A DNA stretch of 64,000 nucleotides from Candidatus Kapaibacterium sp. (GCA_026418625.1 JAOABA010000040.1:51978-115977), one strand, 5' to 3'; counted from the first letter of the stretch, positions 37,066 to 45,556 are shown. Made by a program: numbers and translations. Notes: generated from the letters alone by a model not told the origin.

Positions 37066-40000
37066 TTATTCTTTTGGGTAGATTTTCAAAAAAATGATGC
37101 CATTTCCGGGAATTGTCAATGGCAAAATGATATTTCCATTCTCTTTGGTGGCTATCTCTGTTTTAACAGTCCTAATTTGGTCATCACCTCTTGTTTTGTA
37201 GTATTCCTTTTGTTTTTTCCAATGCTTTTCAATAACATCTAATTCATAAGCACCTGCAATGTTCATATCATATCTTGATTTACCTGCTTTTGGACTGATA
37301 TTTGATTTATTACAGTATTCCAACCACTTATTGAAAAAGTTTGAATTTTCTGCGTCAATCCTGCTTTCTTCAAGAGCAAATTGCTGATTAGCTTTCAGTT
37401 CGTTAATTTTGATTGAGAATCTTTTATTTGAGCTGGAATACTGTCTATCCGGATGGAAATTATACAGAAGAATAAAAATTGTGTCTTGATTTTTTGAAGC
37501 TAATCCATCGAAATTTTTGTTTTCATTCTCCTTTGAATTTAGGAATGAAATTCTTGTGCTGCCCTTCATATTCTCAAGAAGCTCAAACAGATTATAAGAA
37601 GGCGAGCGAAGTTCTTCACTTGTATAGCCCCATTGAGTGAAAGCTTCTAATCCCACATCCAAAGCCGATTTAAAAATAGCTGCATTCCAAGCAGAACCAA
37701 GATCAGTCCCATCACTACAATCAAGAATTTTTCCTTCTTCATCAAGATAAATACTTGCCTCGGCAACTTCAATTTTAGCATCTTTGAAATATGGACTGAT
37801 GTCTCTCTTAATTTCATCTGTCAGGGTTTTTATATCTTTTGGATCCATTCCAATTTGATAGTCGCCCTCAGTTTGTAATAGAGCATAATATGAATATGAA
37901 AATCTTGGATTGAATCCCTTTGGAATTCGTGGCAAAGCACCAGCTTCATAAGGGATAATATCAGAAATCTTTAAGTCACTAATATGAACTCCTTGAGAGT
38001 TATTTGCTTTGAACCCGATTTTTCCTTTGGTGGCTGTCTTGTTATCATAGACTACTGCATAGGTAATGCCATCAATGTTTAAAATCTTTACAAAGTCATC
38101 ATTAATCAATTCAAAATTATGATAATCGAGAGGGCTGATACCACGGCTATCTCCTTCATAAGTAATTAAATAATTCTGAACTAGCAAACTGCTGTTTTCA
38201 TCTTTGGAAAGGAAGCCCAACCTGCCGTAAATTCCCCCATTATCATAACTTCCGCTAAGAGCTTTTTTCCCATTTACATAAAGAGTAATGTTATTTTCAA
38301 TGGTATTCCAAACCTCTTTCTCTCCTACTAATTCAATATCGCCGCCAACCCTTAAATCAAAATCATTAAAATCACCTGCTTTAAAGTCAGCTTTAGCTTT
38401 AGCAATGAGAATATCTTTTCCCTTTACTTTTCTTTTTATTATTAATGTGTCATTATTATGTATTTGAACACCCCAAAAATTCAATGAATCAGTGAAATTA
38501 AAAACAATCAGATTATCACCCTCAGCTTTTGGATTGTTTGACTGGATTTTTAATTTTGCCCTAATTCTACATTCAAAAGAAAACAAAGGGTTAGAGTTGC
38601 CAATTATGTATGACTCATTTTTTAATTTCAGAAGACCATTTTCAATTTTACCAGATTTTAGGTTGCTGAAAATAAAATCTTCGGGAGTGTCCTTAAAATT
38701 TGTATAAAAATATGGTTTTGGAAGACCAGTCCATGAAGACCTGTGAACAATTGATTGTCCGTTTACTATTTTTTTATATTCGATATAGCCGTGATAATTA
38801 AGGATAAAGGCACTATAATTATTAGAATCCAGATAATCAAAAATAAGCCAACCGACATCACTACCCTCTTCCCCTGAAACATCTGTTTTCATCTTGAAAT
38901 TTAATTTGTAATTCGATTGAAAATCAGAATTGAAAATTGCTTCTGCATTACTCAAAACAATTTCGTTCTTCCTTGTTTCATTTGTTCCCTTGATTTTCCA
39001 ATTATCTGAACCAGTGAAATTGCTGACATAATGATATTTAGAACCAATAATATTATCAATAATAATGTCATTCCTTCCGTTTTCGTTGAGAAATCCTATT
39101 TTACCTGAGTCGAATCCCTCTCCAAAAGCCATAAGAATTGGAGTATCGTTGATTTTGATTTTAATGCTATCCAGAAGGGAAATAATTTGGAATTTGTAGT
39201 CTTTTTGGTAGGGAATATTAGTCTCAATTTTTTCCAATTCTTTGATTATTCCGTCTTTTTTCTGAGAAACGGATAATATCCCTCTATTTCCGAATGAAAA
39301 TTTCACTAAAATATAATTATTATCATCTTTAAAATTGAGGAAAACACCTAATTCTGCACCATCTGACCCACTTCCGGCAAATTTTGAATAGAATGTCAAA
39401 TCATAATTTTTCCAGTCAATGGCAACTTTTGAAAAAATTCTACCTTCGGATAGAACTAACTCTTTATTTAGTATTCTGGCTTTTCCTTTAATATCCCAAT
39501 TTTTTAGGTCCGAATCGAATGCCTCGATAAATTTTCCCTTGTAATCCTCCTTTAGCCATTTGGCAAATGCAATAGTCCAAGGATAAAACATTGAAGTTGT
39601 ATCAGATAATTTCGAGGGAGCCATAAAATTACCGGGGTGGAGAATAGGTGTGTAATTAATATCTTTCAGCCCCTCACGCATTGCTGAAAGTGTAAAGTCA
39701 TACAATCTTTTATATTCTTCCAAACCGTTATTAAACCAAACGTAGAAATCAGGCTCAGTATAAAGCCTGTATTGAAAATCATTTGTTCTGGAAGAAAAGG
39801 TTTTTGCCAGATATTCAAATAAACTCGAAATATAATCATAATATTCCTTGTAATATTTTGGTTTTCCAATATTTGAATTGAAGGCACCCTTTTCGTTAGG
39901 CATATCCGAAAGTGATTCAGGAGTATTTCCAATGACAATAATGGGTTTTAATCCCGAATCAAGAAGATTTTGAATAGCTTTTCCTAAAATTGAAAAATTA

Positions 40001-40287
40001 TGATTCCCATTTTCATTATACATTTCGTTAGTTGCTTTTCCCCCTGTTGCTGTCATTAAATTTGCTTCTGCAAGGAATGGATATTTATGATGAGGGTATG
40101 CAGGAAACCGCTCAGTGTGGGTCAAATCCCAAATATTTATTCTTTGATATGTCGGAAAAATCTGACCAAGCGATTTATTTGGAAAGACATACAATGTATC
40201 TTGAGAAAATAAAAAGCAATTCGAATTTGAGAGAAAGAGAACTGATATAATAAAAATCTTGAATAATTTCATTTTTAAGAGCATCAA
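37066..40287 (-). CDS. Large secreted protein: glycoside-hydrolase-like N- and C-terminal segments separated by 3-4 concanavalin/LamG-like (DUF1080-type) jelly-roll repeats
   Basis: 1073 aa with a signal peptide. A repeated pattern recurs: ..NW(D/K)IKG....(E/N)(L/I)VLS......NY(D/K)L.F......G.....G(V/W)(F/L).F.D..NY.. The termini loosely resemble GH39-like TIM-barrel enzymes (low certainty). No T9SS CTD. Confidence 0.35.
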   Translation of the reverse strand: MMLLKMKLFKIFIISVLFLSNSNCFLFSQDTLYVFPNKSLGQIFPTYQRINIWDLTHTERFPAYPHHKYPFLAEANLMTATGGKATNEMYNENGNHNFSILGKAIQNLLDSGLKPIIVIGNTPESLSDMPNEKGAFNSNIGKPKYYKEYYDYISSLFEYLAKTFSSRTNDFQYRLYTEPDFYVWFNNGLEEYKRLYDFTLSAMREGLKDINYTPILHPGNFMAPSKLSDTTSMFYPWTIAFAKWLKEDYKGKFIEAFDSDLKNWDIKGKARILNKELVLSEGRIFSKVAIDWKNYDLTFYSKFAGSGSDGAELGVFLNFKDDNNYILVKFSFGNRGILSVSQKKDGIIKELEKIETNIPYQKDYKFQIISLLDSIKIKINDTPILMAFGEGFDSGKIGFLNENGRNDIIIDNIIGSKYHYVSNFTGSDNWKIKGTNETRKNEIVLSNAEAIFNSDFQSNYKLNFKMKTDVSGEEGSDVGWLIFDYLDSNNYSAFILNYHGYIEYKKIVNGQSIVHRSSWTGLPKPYFYTNFKDTPEDFIFSNLKSGKIENGLLKLKNESYIIGNSNPLFSFECRIRAKLKIQSNNPKAEGDNLIVFNFTDSLNFWGVQIHNNDTLIIKRKVKGKDILIAKAKADFKAGDFNDFDLRVGGDIELVGEKEVWNTIENNITLYVNGKKALSGSYDNGGIYGRLGFLSKDENSSLLVQNYLITYEGDSRGISPLDYHNFELINDDFVKILNIDGITYAVVYDNKTATKGKIGFKANNSQGVHISDLKISDIIPYEAGALPRIPKGFNPRFSYSYYALLQTEGDYQIGMDPKDIKTLTDEIKRDISPYFKDAKIEVAEASIYLDEEGKILDCSDGTDLGSAWNAAIFKSALDVGLEAFTQWGYTSEELRSPSYNLFELLENMKGSTRISFLNSKENENKNFDGLASKNQDTIFILLYNFHPDRQYSSSNKRFSIKINELKANQQFALEESRIDAENSNFFNKWLEYCNKSNISPKAGKSRYDMNIAGAYELDVIEKHWKKQKEYYKTRGDDQIRTVKTEIATKENGNIILPLTIPGNGIIFLKIYPKE

Positions 40288-40303
40288 TTTTTTACAAATT
40301 AAA

Positions 40304-40834
40304 TCAAATAAAGAAATCGGCTACCTGATATAAATTTTTAAAAAGGTAATCAGCTTCATCGGGTTTTTCGTTTAAATAATGATTTATGAGAATAGTGTTT
40401 GTCCCCGCTTTTTTCCCTGCAATAACATCAGAGAGGCTATCGCCAATCATATAAGAACTTTTAGGGTCAATTTTCCATTTTTCAATAGCTTCGAGAATCA
40501 TTCCGGGGTTCGGTTTTCTTCGGAAACTTCCGGAACCAGTCAAATCAGTGCAATAGAAGATGTCATCAAAACCAAAGCCAAACATATTAATTAATTTTTT
40601 TTGCATAAATGAATGGATTTTCTCCAAATCCTTAAGAGTTAAAATTCCTTTCCCGACGCCCTGTTGGTTTGATATGATAATTGCCAGATATCCGATTTTT
40701 TTCACAAGGTAAAACAAATCAAAGAAGTCCGGGATAAACTTGAATTGTTGCTTGGTCTCAACATAACCCCCGACAATCCGATAGTTCACGATACCATCAC
40801 GGTCAAAAAATATTGCTTTATTTAATTCTTTCAA
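40304..40834 (-). CDS. gmhB: HAD-IIIA phosphatase, D-glycero-D-manno-heptose 1,7-bisphosphate phosphatase-like
   Basis: ..AIFFDRDGIVN.. (DxDG nucleophile motif), ..IISNQQGVGKG.., ..RKPNPGMIL.., ..MIGDSLSDVIAGKKAG.. Confidence 0.7.
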   Translation of the reverse strand: MKELNKAIFFDRDGIVNYRIVGGYVETKQQFKFIPDFFDLFYLVKKIGYLAIIISNQQGVGKGILTLKDLEKIHSFMQKKLINMFGFGFDDIFYCTDLTGSGSFRRKPNPGMILEAIEKWKIDPKSSYMIGDSLSDVIAGKKAGTNTILINHYLNEKPDEADYLFKNLYQVADFFI

Positions 40835-41019
40835 TAATTTTCAATATAGCTATCATAACCGATGTAAATTAATAAATATTCCTAATGTATAAATATCAGA
40901 TTAAAGTCAAAGGCTTCAATTATGAATTTTTCTACTTTTTATGAGCCTAACATTTATAATAAATGGAGTAAATTGAGAAATTTCTCAAAGAGTTAAACTT
41001 ACGGAGGCAGATATCTAAA

Positions 41020-41172
41020 ATCAGAATTTATAACATCCTTGGTGAGTGCGTTTTATCAGAGAAAATTCATCCGATAACTCTGAGTTATCGGATGAATATC
41101 GAACATTTGCCATCAGGAATTTACTATGTCCGTCTTGGTGATTGGATGGGGAGCTTTGTTAAAATTAAATAG
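41020..41172 (+). pseudogene. Orphan 3' gene fragment encoding a T9SS C-terminal domain remnant (copy a)
   Basis: Encodes ..IRIYNILGECVLSEKIHPITLSYRMNIEHLPSGIYYVRLGDWMGSFVKIK*. This is DNA-level similar to the 3' end of the 44175..45536 gene. No upstream gene body is present, and an in-frame stop lies at 40969. Confidence 0.7.
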
Positions 41173-41192
41173 CCACTACTTACAAGTAGTGG
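41173..41192 (+). repeat. Conserved post-stop hairpin CCACTACTT-aca-AGTAGTGG, copy 1
   Basis: Starts on the base immediately after the TAG stop. The same hairpin plus ATAAAAAAA follows the stop of the 44175..45536 gene. Confidence 0.7.
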
Positions 41193-41254
41193 ATAAAAAA
41201 AATAATAATAATAGTATTTCCCAGTGGAACAGACTTCTCCGACTATTCTTCGTC

Positions 41255-41274
41255 ATTCCTGTGCATACAGGAAT
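41255..41274. repeat. Hairpin module ATTCCTG-tgcata-CAGGAAT (GTCATTCC.. family)
   Basis: Related palindromes ATTCCTTG-cttgt-CAAGGAAT occur at 31898-31918 and, imperfectly, at about 41545-41567. Confidence 0.6.
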
Positions 41275-41338
41275 CTTGTCAAACCACAGAGACTCCTGCA
41301 TCCGCAGGAGTGACATATCGGTAGTAGGCTCCTGCCTT

Positions 41339-41474
41339 CGAGTCTGTGTAAAAAAGCAGCAATTCTGAGCCGAAGGCGAAGAATCCATATCATTTAAGTC
41401 ATTGATAAATAATGGACTCTTCACTTCGTTCAGAGTGACAAAAAAACCACTTTTTATACTTTTTACACAGCCTC
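41339..41474 (+). mobile_element. MITE-like element, copy 3
   Basis: 5' CGAGTCTGTGTAAAAAAG and 3' ACTTTTTACACAGCCTCC. The core is nearly identical to copies 1 and 2 (..CGAAGGCGAAGAATCCATATCATTTAAGTCATTGATAAATAATGGACTCTTCACTTCGTTCAGAGTGAC..). Confidence 0.6.
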
Positions 41475-41683
41475 CTCCGCAGGAGTGACATATTGGTGGG
41501 AGAACTGCCTCTCGAAGGAGTGACGCTATGGATATTCAAGTCATTCCCTTGCTTGTCAAGGAATCCGAAAAAATTAATTTGGATTATTTAAAAATTGTCA
41601 ATAGTTTTCACATGTAAAATTGACATAACATTAAAATATATATTAAAATTACATTTTCTCTAACCATTTGAGGAGAATTAGTT

Positions 41684-42865
41684 ATGTCTAATATTTGTTT
41701 TACTCCCCTCGTAAAGAATAATTTTCTTAATAGTGATTATAAGTTCAAGAATTGTAACGTAAATAAACTTTTTGGAAAATTCTTTTTCTTATTCATTTTG
41801 TTTTTTTTATCTAATACTTCAACTTTACTATCTCAATGGTCTTCAATAAAGACCATTTCTCAAAATTTAAATTTGAACAGTATTTATGCCGTTACACCGG
41901 GACATATCTTTATTGCAACCGATAGTGCAACAATTTTAAAATCAAGTGAAGGTGGGTTCAATTGGACACGAACAAGCGGAGTGGGGGGCATTTCGCAATC
42001 AAATAATTTATATACAATTTTCTTTATTGATTCAGTCAATGGATGGGCAGCAGGAACAAAAGGTTCTGCAGTTAAAACTACAAACAGCGGAAACACTTGG
42101 ACTCCGATGACTATGGCTGATGGAAACATAACAATAAAACAGATTAGATTTGTAGATTCACTTAATGGCTGGGCAGTCGGTAATAGCGGTAAAATTCAAA
42201 TAACTACTGATGGTGGTTCAAGTTGGTCAATTCAACATACTTTTCAATCTGTTCAATCAATTAATTCAATTTATTTTATGCCCGAAGATGCTCAAACAAT
42301 TTGGGTAGCTGGAAATAGCGGTTTTATTGCAAAAAGCACTAATGAAGGCATAAACTGGATTAACCTTAATTCAGGAACCAATAATGATTTACTATGTATT
42401 AAGTTTGGAGATAGAAATATTGGTTGGGCTGTTGGCAAGTCAGGGACGATATTATTGACTGTAAACGGGGGAATTAACTGGATTAGCGTGCCTTCACCAA
42501 TAATCGGAGCAGGAGATATCAATTCTATATTAGTTAGTTCCGATGGATCTGCCATAATTGCCTGTAGCAATGGAAGATTATACGAAACATACAATTTTGG
42601 TAATACTTGGGTTGATGTGGAGCCTATATTTAATCAGAGTATTAATTCAATATTCTTTTTGCCATTGTTGTTATATTCAGTTACAAATGGAGGAAATATT
42701 GGAATCACCTATTTAGCAAGAACAAGAGATGAAATATGCTATGATGCATATAATCTCTGCTTAAATAAATGTAATAAAGGACAAACGGAATGTATTGAAA
42801 GCTGTAATAGAATGTTTATAGATTGTTTAAGAAAATCAAGCAAAATTAATTTGATTTATTATTGA
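41684..42865 (+). CDS. BNR/Asp-box beta-propeller protein (Ycf48-like) with a Cys-rich C-terminal tail and no T9SS CTD
   Basis: GAGGAG SD. Repeats SSEGGFNWT, TTNSGNTWT, TTDGGSSWS, STNEGINWI, TVNGGINWI, YNFGNTWV. The tail is ..CYDAYNLCLNKCNKGQTECIESCNRMFIDC.. Confidence 0.65.
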   Translation: MSNICFTPLVKNNFLNSDYKFKNCNVNKLFGKFFFLFILFFLSNTSTLLSQWSSIKTISQNLNLNSIYAVTPGHIFIATDSATILKSSEGGFNWTRTSGVGGISQSNNLYTIFFIDSVNGWAAGTKGSAVKTTNSGNTWTPMTMADGNITIKQIRFVDSLNGWAVGNSGKIQITTDGGSSWSIQHTFQSVQSINSIYFMPEDAQTIWVAGNSGFIAKSTNEGINWINLNSGTNNDLLCIKFGDRNIGWAVGKSGTILLTVNGGINWISVPSPIIGAGDINSILVSSDGSAIIACSNGRLYETYNFGNTWVDVEPIFNQSINSIFFLPLLLYSVTNGGNIGITYLARTRDEICYDAYNLCLNKCNKGQTECIESCNRMFIDCLRKSSKINLIYY

Positions 42866-43007
42866 AAGCGTTGGGAATTTTTTGGTTAATTCTTTGCTAA
42901 TTGACATACCTGTTTTCCATTGCTGAATTCTTGATCATTCAAATTCAGCAAAAAAGATTGGATTTAATCTCGATAAAGTCATTTTTAAATCAGTGTATGA
43001 TTTATTA

Positions 43008-43179
43008 AGGATATATAACATCCTCGGCGAGTGCATTTTTATCAAGTGGTAACTACAGAGGAACACACCCCTTTATCCCCTCTCAAGAGGGGAAGATATG
43101 GATTGGTGTTTCAAGTTTGCCCGCAGGGATTTACTATGTCCCTCTTGGTGATTGGGTGGGGAGGTTTGTGAAGAATTAG
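43008..43179 (+). pseudogene. Orphan, frameshifted T9SS C-terminal domain fragment (copy b)
   Basis: Reads RIYNILGECIFIKW*, then in another frame GTHPFIPSQEGKIWIGVSSLPAGIYYVPLGDWVGRFVKN*. DNA-level similar to 45390-45536. Confidence 0.7.
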
Positions 43180-43457
43180 AGATTGCTTCGTCGCTTTCCT
43201 GCTCGCAATGGCATGAAATTGTAATTGATTGGTTCGTTTCACTCATAACGATGGGATAAGCTTTTAATTGAAAGGGAAGGTTTTTGAAGTAAAGGAGTTG
43301 AAAAATTGAGAATTGATAATGTTGAATCAAAAACAATTTATTTCTTGCATATTTAAAATTATTTTTGTAATTTTTTTTTGAAATTTAATAATAGTTTTTT
43401 TAACATGATTGATTTAGTTCTTTAAAATAAATAATTAACATTTTCATAAAAAAACTT

Positions 43458-43507
43458 GAGGAGCTTTAGTCATGGCAAAAAACAATATTTACCCCCCCCC
43501 CCCATAA
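43458..43507 (+). other. SD (GAGGAG) plus ATG leader ORF of 11 codons that runs through the C12 tract and stops (MAKNNIYPPPP*)
   Basis: GAGGAG at 43458-43463, ATG at 43472, TAA at 43505. The frame of the downstream 43575 ORF is open back to 43470. Confidence 0.6.
43492..43503 (+). repeat. C12 homopolymer (candidate slipped-strand phase-variation tract)
   Basis: Twelve consecutive C in an AT-rich intergenic/5' coding context. Confidence 0.9.
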
Positions 43508-43574
43508 TATTATTAGGTTTAATAATATTATTAAATTAGCCTGGAGATGGCTTTTATTAAATGCAGAAGTCCCT

Positions 43575-44168
43575 ATGCCAACAAAGGATTCATGTGATAC
43601 AACTTATAGAGCAATAACAGCACCTTGCTGGAAAGATGATTCAATAACTATAGTTCCCCCCGAGGGTTTACATTTTCAATCTTGCAAGGATTCTGCTTGT
43701 TGTTGGGCAGTTTATGAGAAATGTAATTATGGTGATACTCTTTTCACTTTTAATAAATTTCAAACAGGTACAACTTATGAGCCCTGGTTTTGTTATCAAT
43801 ACGATTCCTGTAATGTGGCATGCAATTGGTTTCCATCATACGATTCAGCTTTCATTAGTCATCCAAGAAAAATTGATTATGATATTGAAAATATGATTTT
43901 ACAAACAAAAACCCTGCCATGCAGGAATATTCTTACTACCGATAATAATATTGATATATTATATCAGGATGAAAAGAAAGGGAATATGTTAATTGAAATT
44001 TATAATTCATACGGAGTCAAAATATTATCAAAAACAATCAATAAAAATGAGTTTATTATAAAACAGAAAATTGAACTTGGAAACATTGCAAGTGGTTTGT
44101 ACTTGTATAAATTAAATATCGGCAATGAATATTTATGTTCAGGTAAGATTATGTTAATCAAGGAGTAA
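43575..44168 (+). CDS. Small Cys-rich T9SS cargo protein (annotated start lacks SD and signal peptide; true start probably 43472 in another frame)
   Basis: Cys-rich N-terminal half (..DSCDTTY..APCW..QSCKDSACCW..). CTD ..IEIYNSYGVKIL..ASGLYLYKLNIGNEYLCSGKIMLIKE. Confidence 0.55.
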   Translation: MPTKDSCDTTYRAITAPCWKDDSITIVPPEGLHFQSCKDSACCWAVYEKCNYGDTLFTFNKFQTGTTYEPWFCYQYDSCNVACNWFPSYDSAFISHPRKIDYDIENMILQTKTLPCRNILTTDNNIDILYQDEKKGNMLIEIYNSYGVKILSKTINKNEFIIKQKIELGNIASGLYLYKLNIGNEYLCSGKIMLIKE

Positions 44169-44174
44169 ATTAAA

Positions 44175-45536
44175 ATGAAAAAAATAAAATTATTTTTAGC
44201 TCTGATGTTTTTTATATTTACTAATTTAATTGGCGCGGGTAAATGGGAAAAGGTTTATGAAACCGGAGAACAGTGGGGTTTTTCAATAAAATCAATAAAA
44301 TGTAAGGATTCAGAAAATTGTATAGCTATTGGCAATAAAAACTCTTATCCAATTTTTTTAATGAGCAACAATGGCGGTTTTACCTGGTATGAAGCATATA
44401 GTGATAAAAAGTGGAGTTATTATGATTCACTTGGTAAATATTGGTTTTATAAACCGAGTCAGTGTGCCGAAGTATCCTATTTGCCTTCAGGAAAAATTGT
44501 TGCAGTTGGAGATACCGGTACAGTCTGGAAATCTAATGATAATGGTAAAACTTGGGATACATTCAAAATCAGATCGAGGACATTCCCTGTTTTTGTTGCC
44601 GATAGTTACAATATATCTATGCATTCTGATGATTTTGGTGCAATTTCCTGTCCATTTGAAGTATATATTACAGAAGATGGTTGGAATAGTTATAAAAAAG
44701 CAACATTTAATTTACCTGATAGTGTAAATCCAAATTATATTGAAGATATACATTGTTTTGAAGAAAAAAAAATCAAAGTTCTTGCTTATAAAACTGGTAG
44801 AGGTTATTATATAATAAATTCTGACAATAAGGGTGAAACTTGGGAAGCATATAAACCAATATATCCATCGGCTGCTAAAATTTTCTTCCTGGATGAATAT
44901 AATGGCTATGCTGTTGGAGGAAGATATAAGGTGAATACAAACACAAATAAAGATTTAATTTATCATACAACAGACGGCGGTAAAACATGGGAAACTCAAT
45001 TAGATACTATAGAACATTACCCTGATGGATTAACACGAATCCATTTTTATGATTATAATCATGGTGTAGCAATAGGAAATTATCATAAGATGTGGCGGAC
45101 AACAAACGGAGGAAAGTATTGGTACAAAGATTCAACCCTTAACTACTCGATAAGTGATGAATACATTGTTGAAATAGTTATGCTGAGTCCAAATGAAATG
45201 CTTGGAGCTTTATCAGGATTTGGTAATATATGGAGATATACTGAAGAAACCTCAGCAGAGGAGGATGGATTAACTACTAATTCCGATAACATTTCTATCT
45301 CCCCCAATCCGGCTTGGGAGTATATAGTGATTACGGGATTGAGCAAGTGGTTGCAACCCCTTGTTCCTGAGGATGTGAGGATATATGATGTGCTGGGGGA
45401 AGTAGTTCAAACAGGACCACACCCCTTTATCCCCTCTCAAGAGGGGAAAATAAGGATTGATGTTTCAAGTTTGCCCACAGGGATTTACTATGTCCATCTT
45501 GGTTATTGGGTGGGGAAGTTTGTAAAAATTGAATAG
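44175..45536 (+). CDS. BNR/Asp-box beta-propeller protein with T9SS C-terminal domain
   Basis: AAGGAG SD and a signal peptide. Repeats SNNGGFTW, SNDNGKTW, SDNKGETW, TTDGGKTW, TTNGGKYW. CTD ..ISPNPAWEY..RIYDVLGEVV..PTGIYYVHLGYWVGKFVKIE. Confidence 0.7.
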   Translation: MKKIKLFLALMFFIFTNLIGAGKWEKVYETGEQWGFSIKSIKCKDSENCIAIGNKNSYPIFLMSNNGGFTWYEAYSDKKWSYYDSLGKYWFYKPSQCAEVSYLPSGKIVAVGDTGTVWKSNDNGKTWDTFKIRSRTFPVFVADSYNISMHSDDFGAISCPFEVYITEDGWNSYKKATFNLPDSVNPNYIEDIHCFEEKKIKVLAYKTGRGYYIINSDNKGETWEAYKPIYPSAAKIFFLDEYNGYAVGGRYKVNTNTNKDLIYHTTDGGKTWETQLDTIEHYPDGLTRIHFYDYNHGVAIGNYHKMWRTTNGGKYWYKDSTLNYSISDEYIVEIVMLSPNEMLGALSGFGNIWRYTEETSAEEDGLTTNSDNISISPNPAWEYIVITGLSKWLQPLVPEDVRIYDVLGEVVQTGPHPFIPSQEGKIRIDVSSLPTGIYYVHLGYWVGKFVKIE

Positions 45537-45556
45537 CCACTACTTTCAAGTAGTGG
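45537..45556 (+). repeat. Conserved post-stop hairpin CCACTACTT-tca-AGTAGTGG, copy 2
   Basis: Same stem as 41173-41192. The downstream ~45 nt (..AATAGTGCTTTTCCGGTAGAACAGAC..) also resembles 41210-41245. Confidence 0.7.

Noticed and set aside
41620-41648. Sigma70-like promoter (TTGACA at 41620-41625) upstream of the BNR gene
   Set aside because: A TTGACA hexamer is present, but every candidate -10 (TATATA, TATTAA, TTAAAA) has non-optimal or ambiguous spacing. The promoter consensus of this lineage is unknown, so it is not reported as a feature.
43073-43336. 87-aa minus-strand ORF
   Set aside because: It runs antisense through the decayed CTD fragment and generic palindromic repeat modules (..HCEQESDEAIS.., ..SPLERG). 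It is most likely a repeat artefact.
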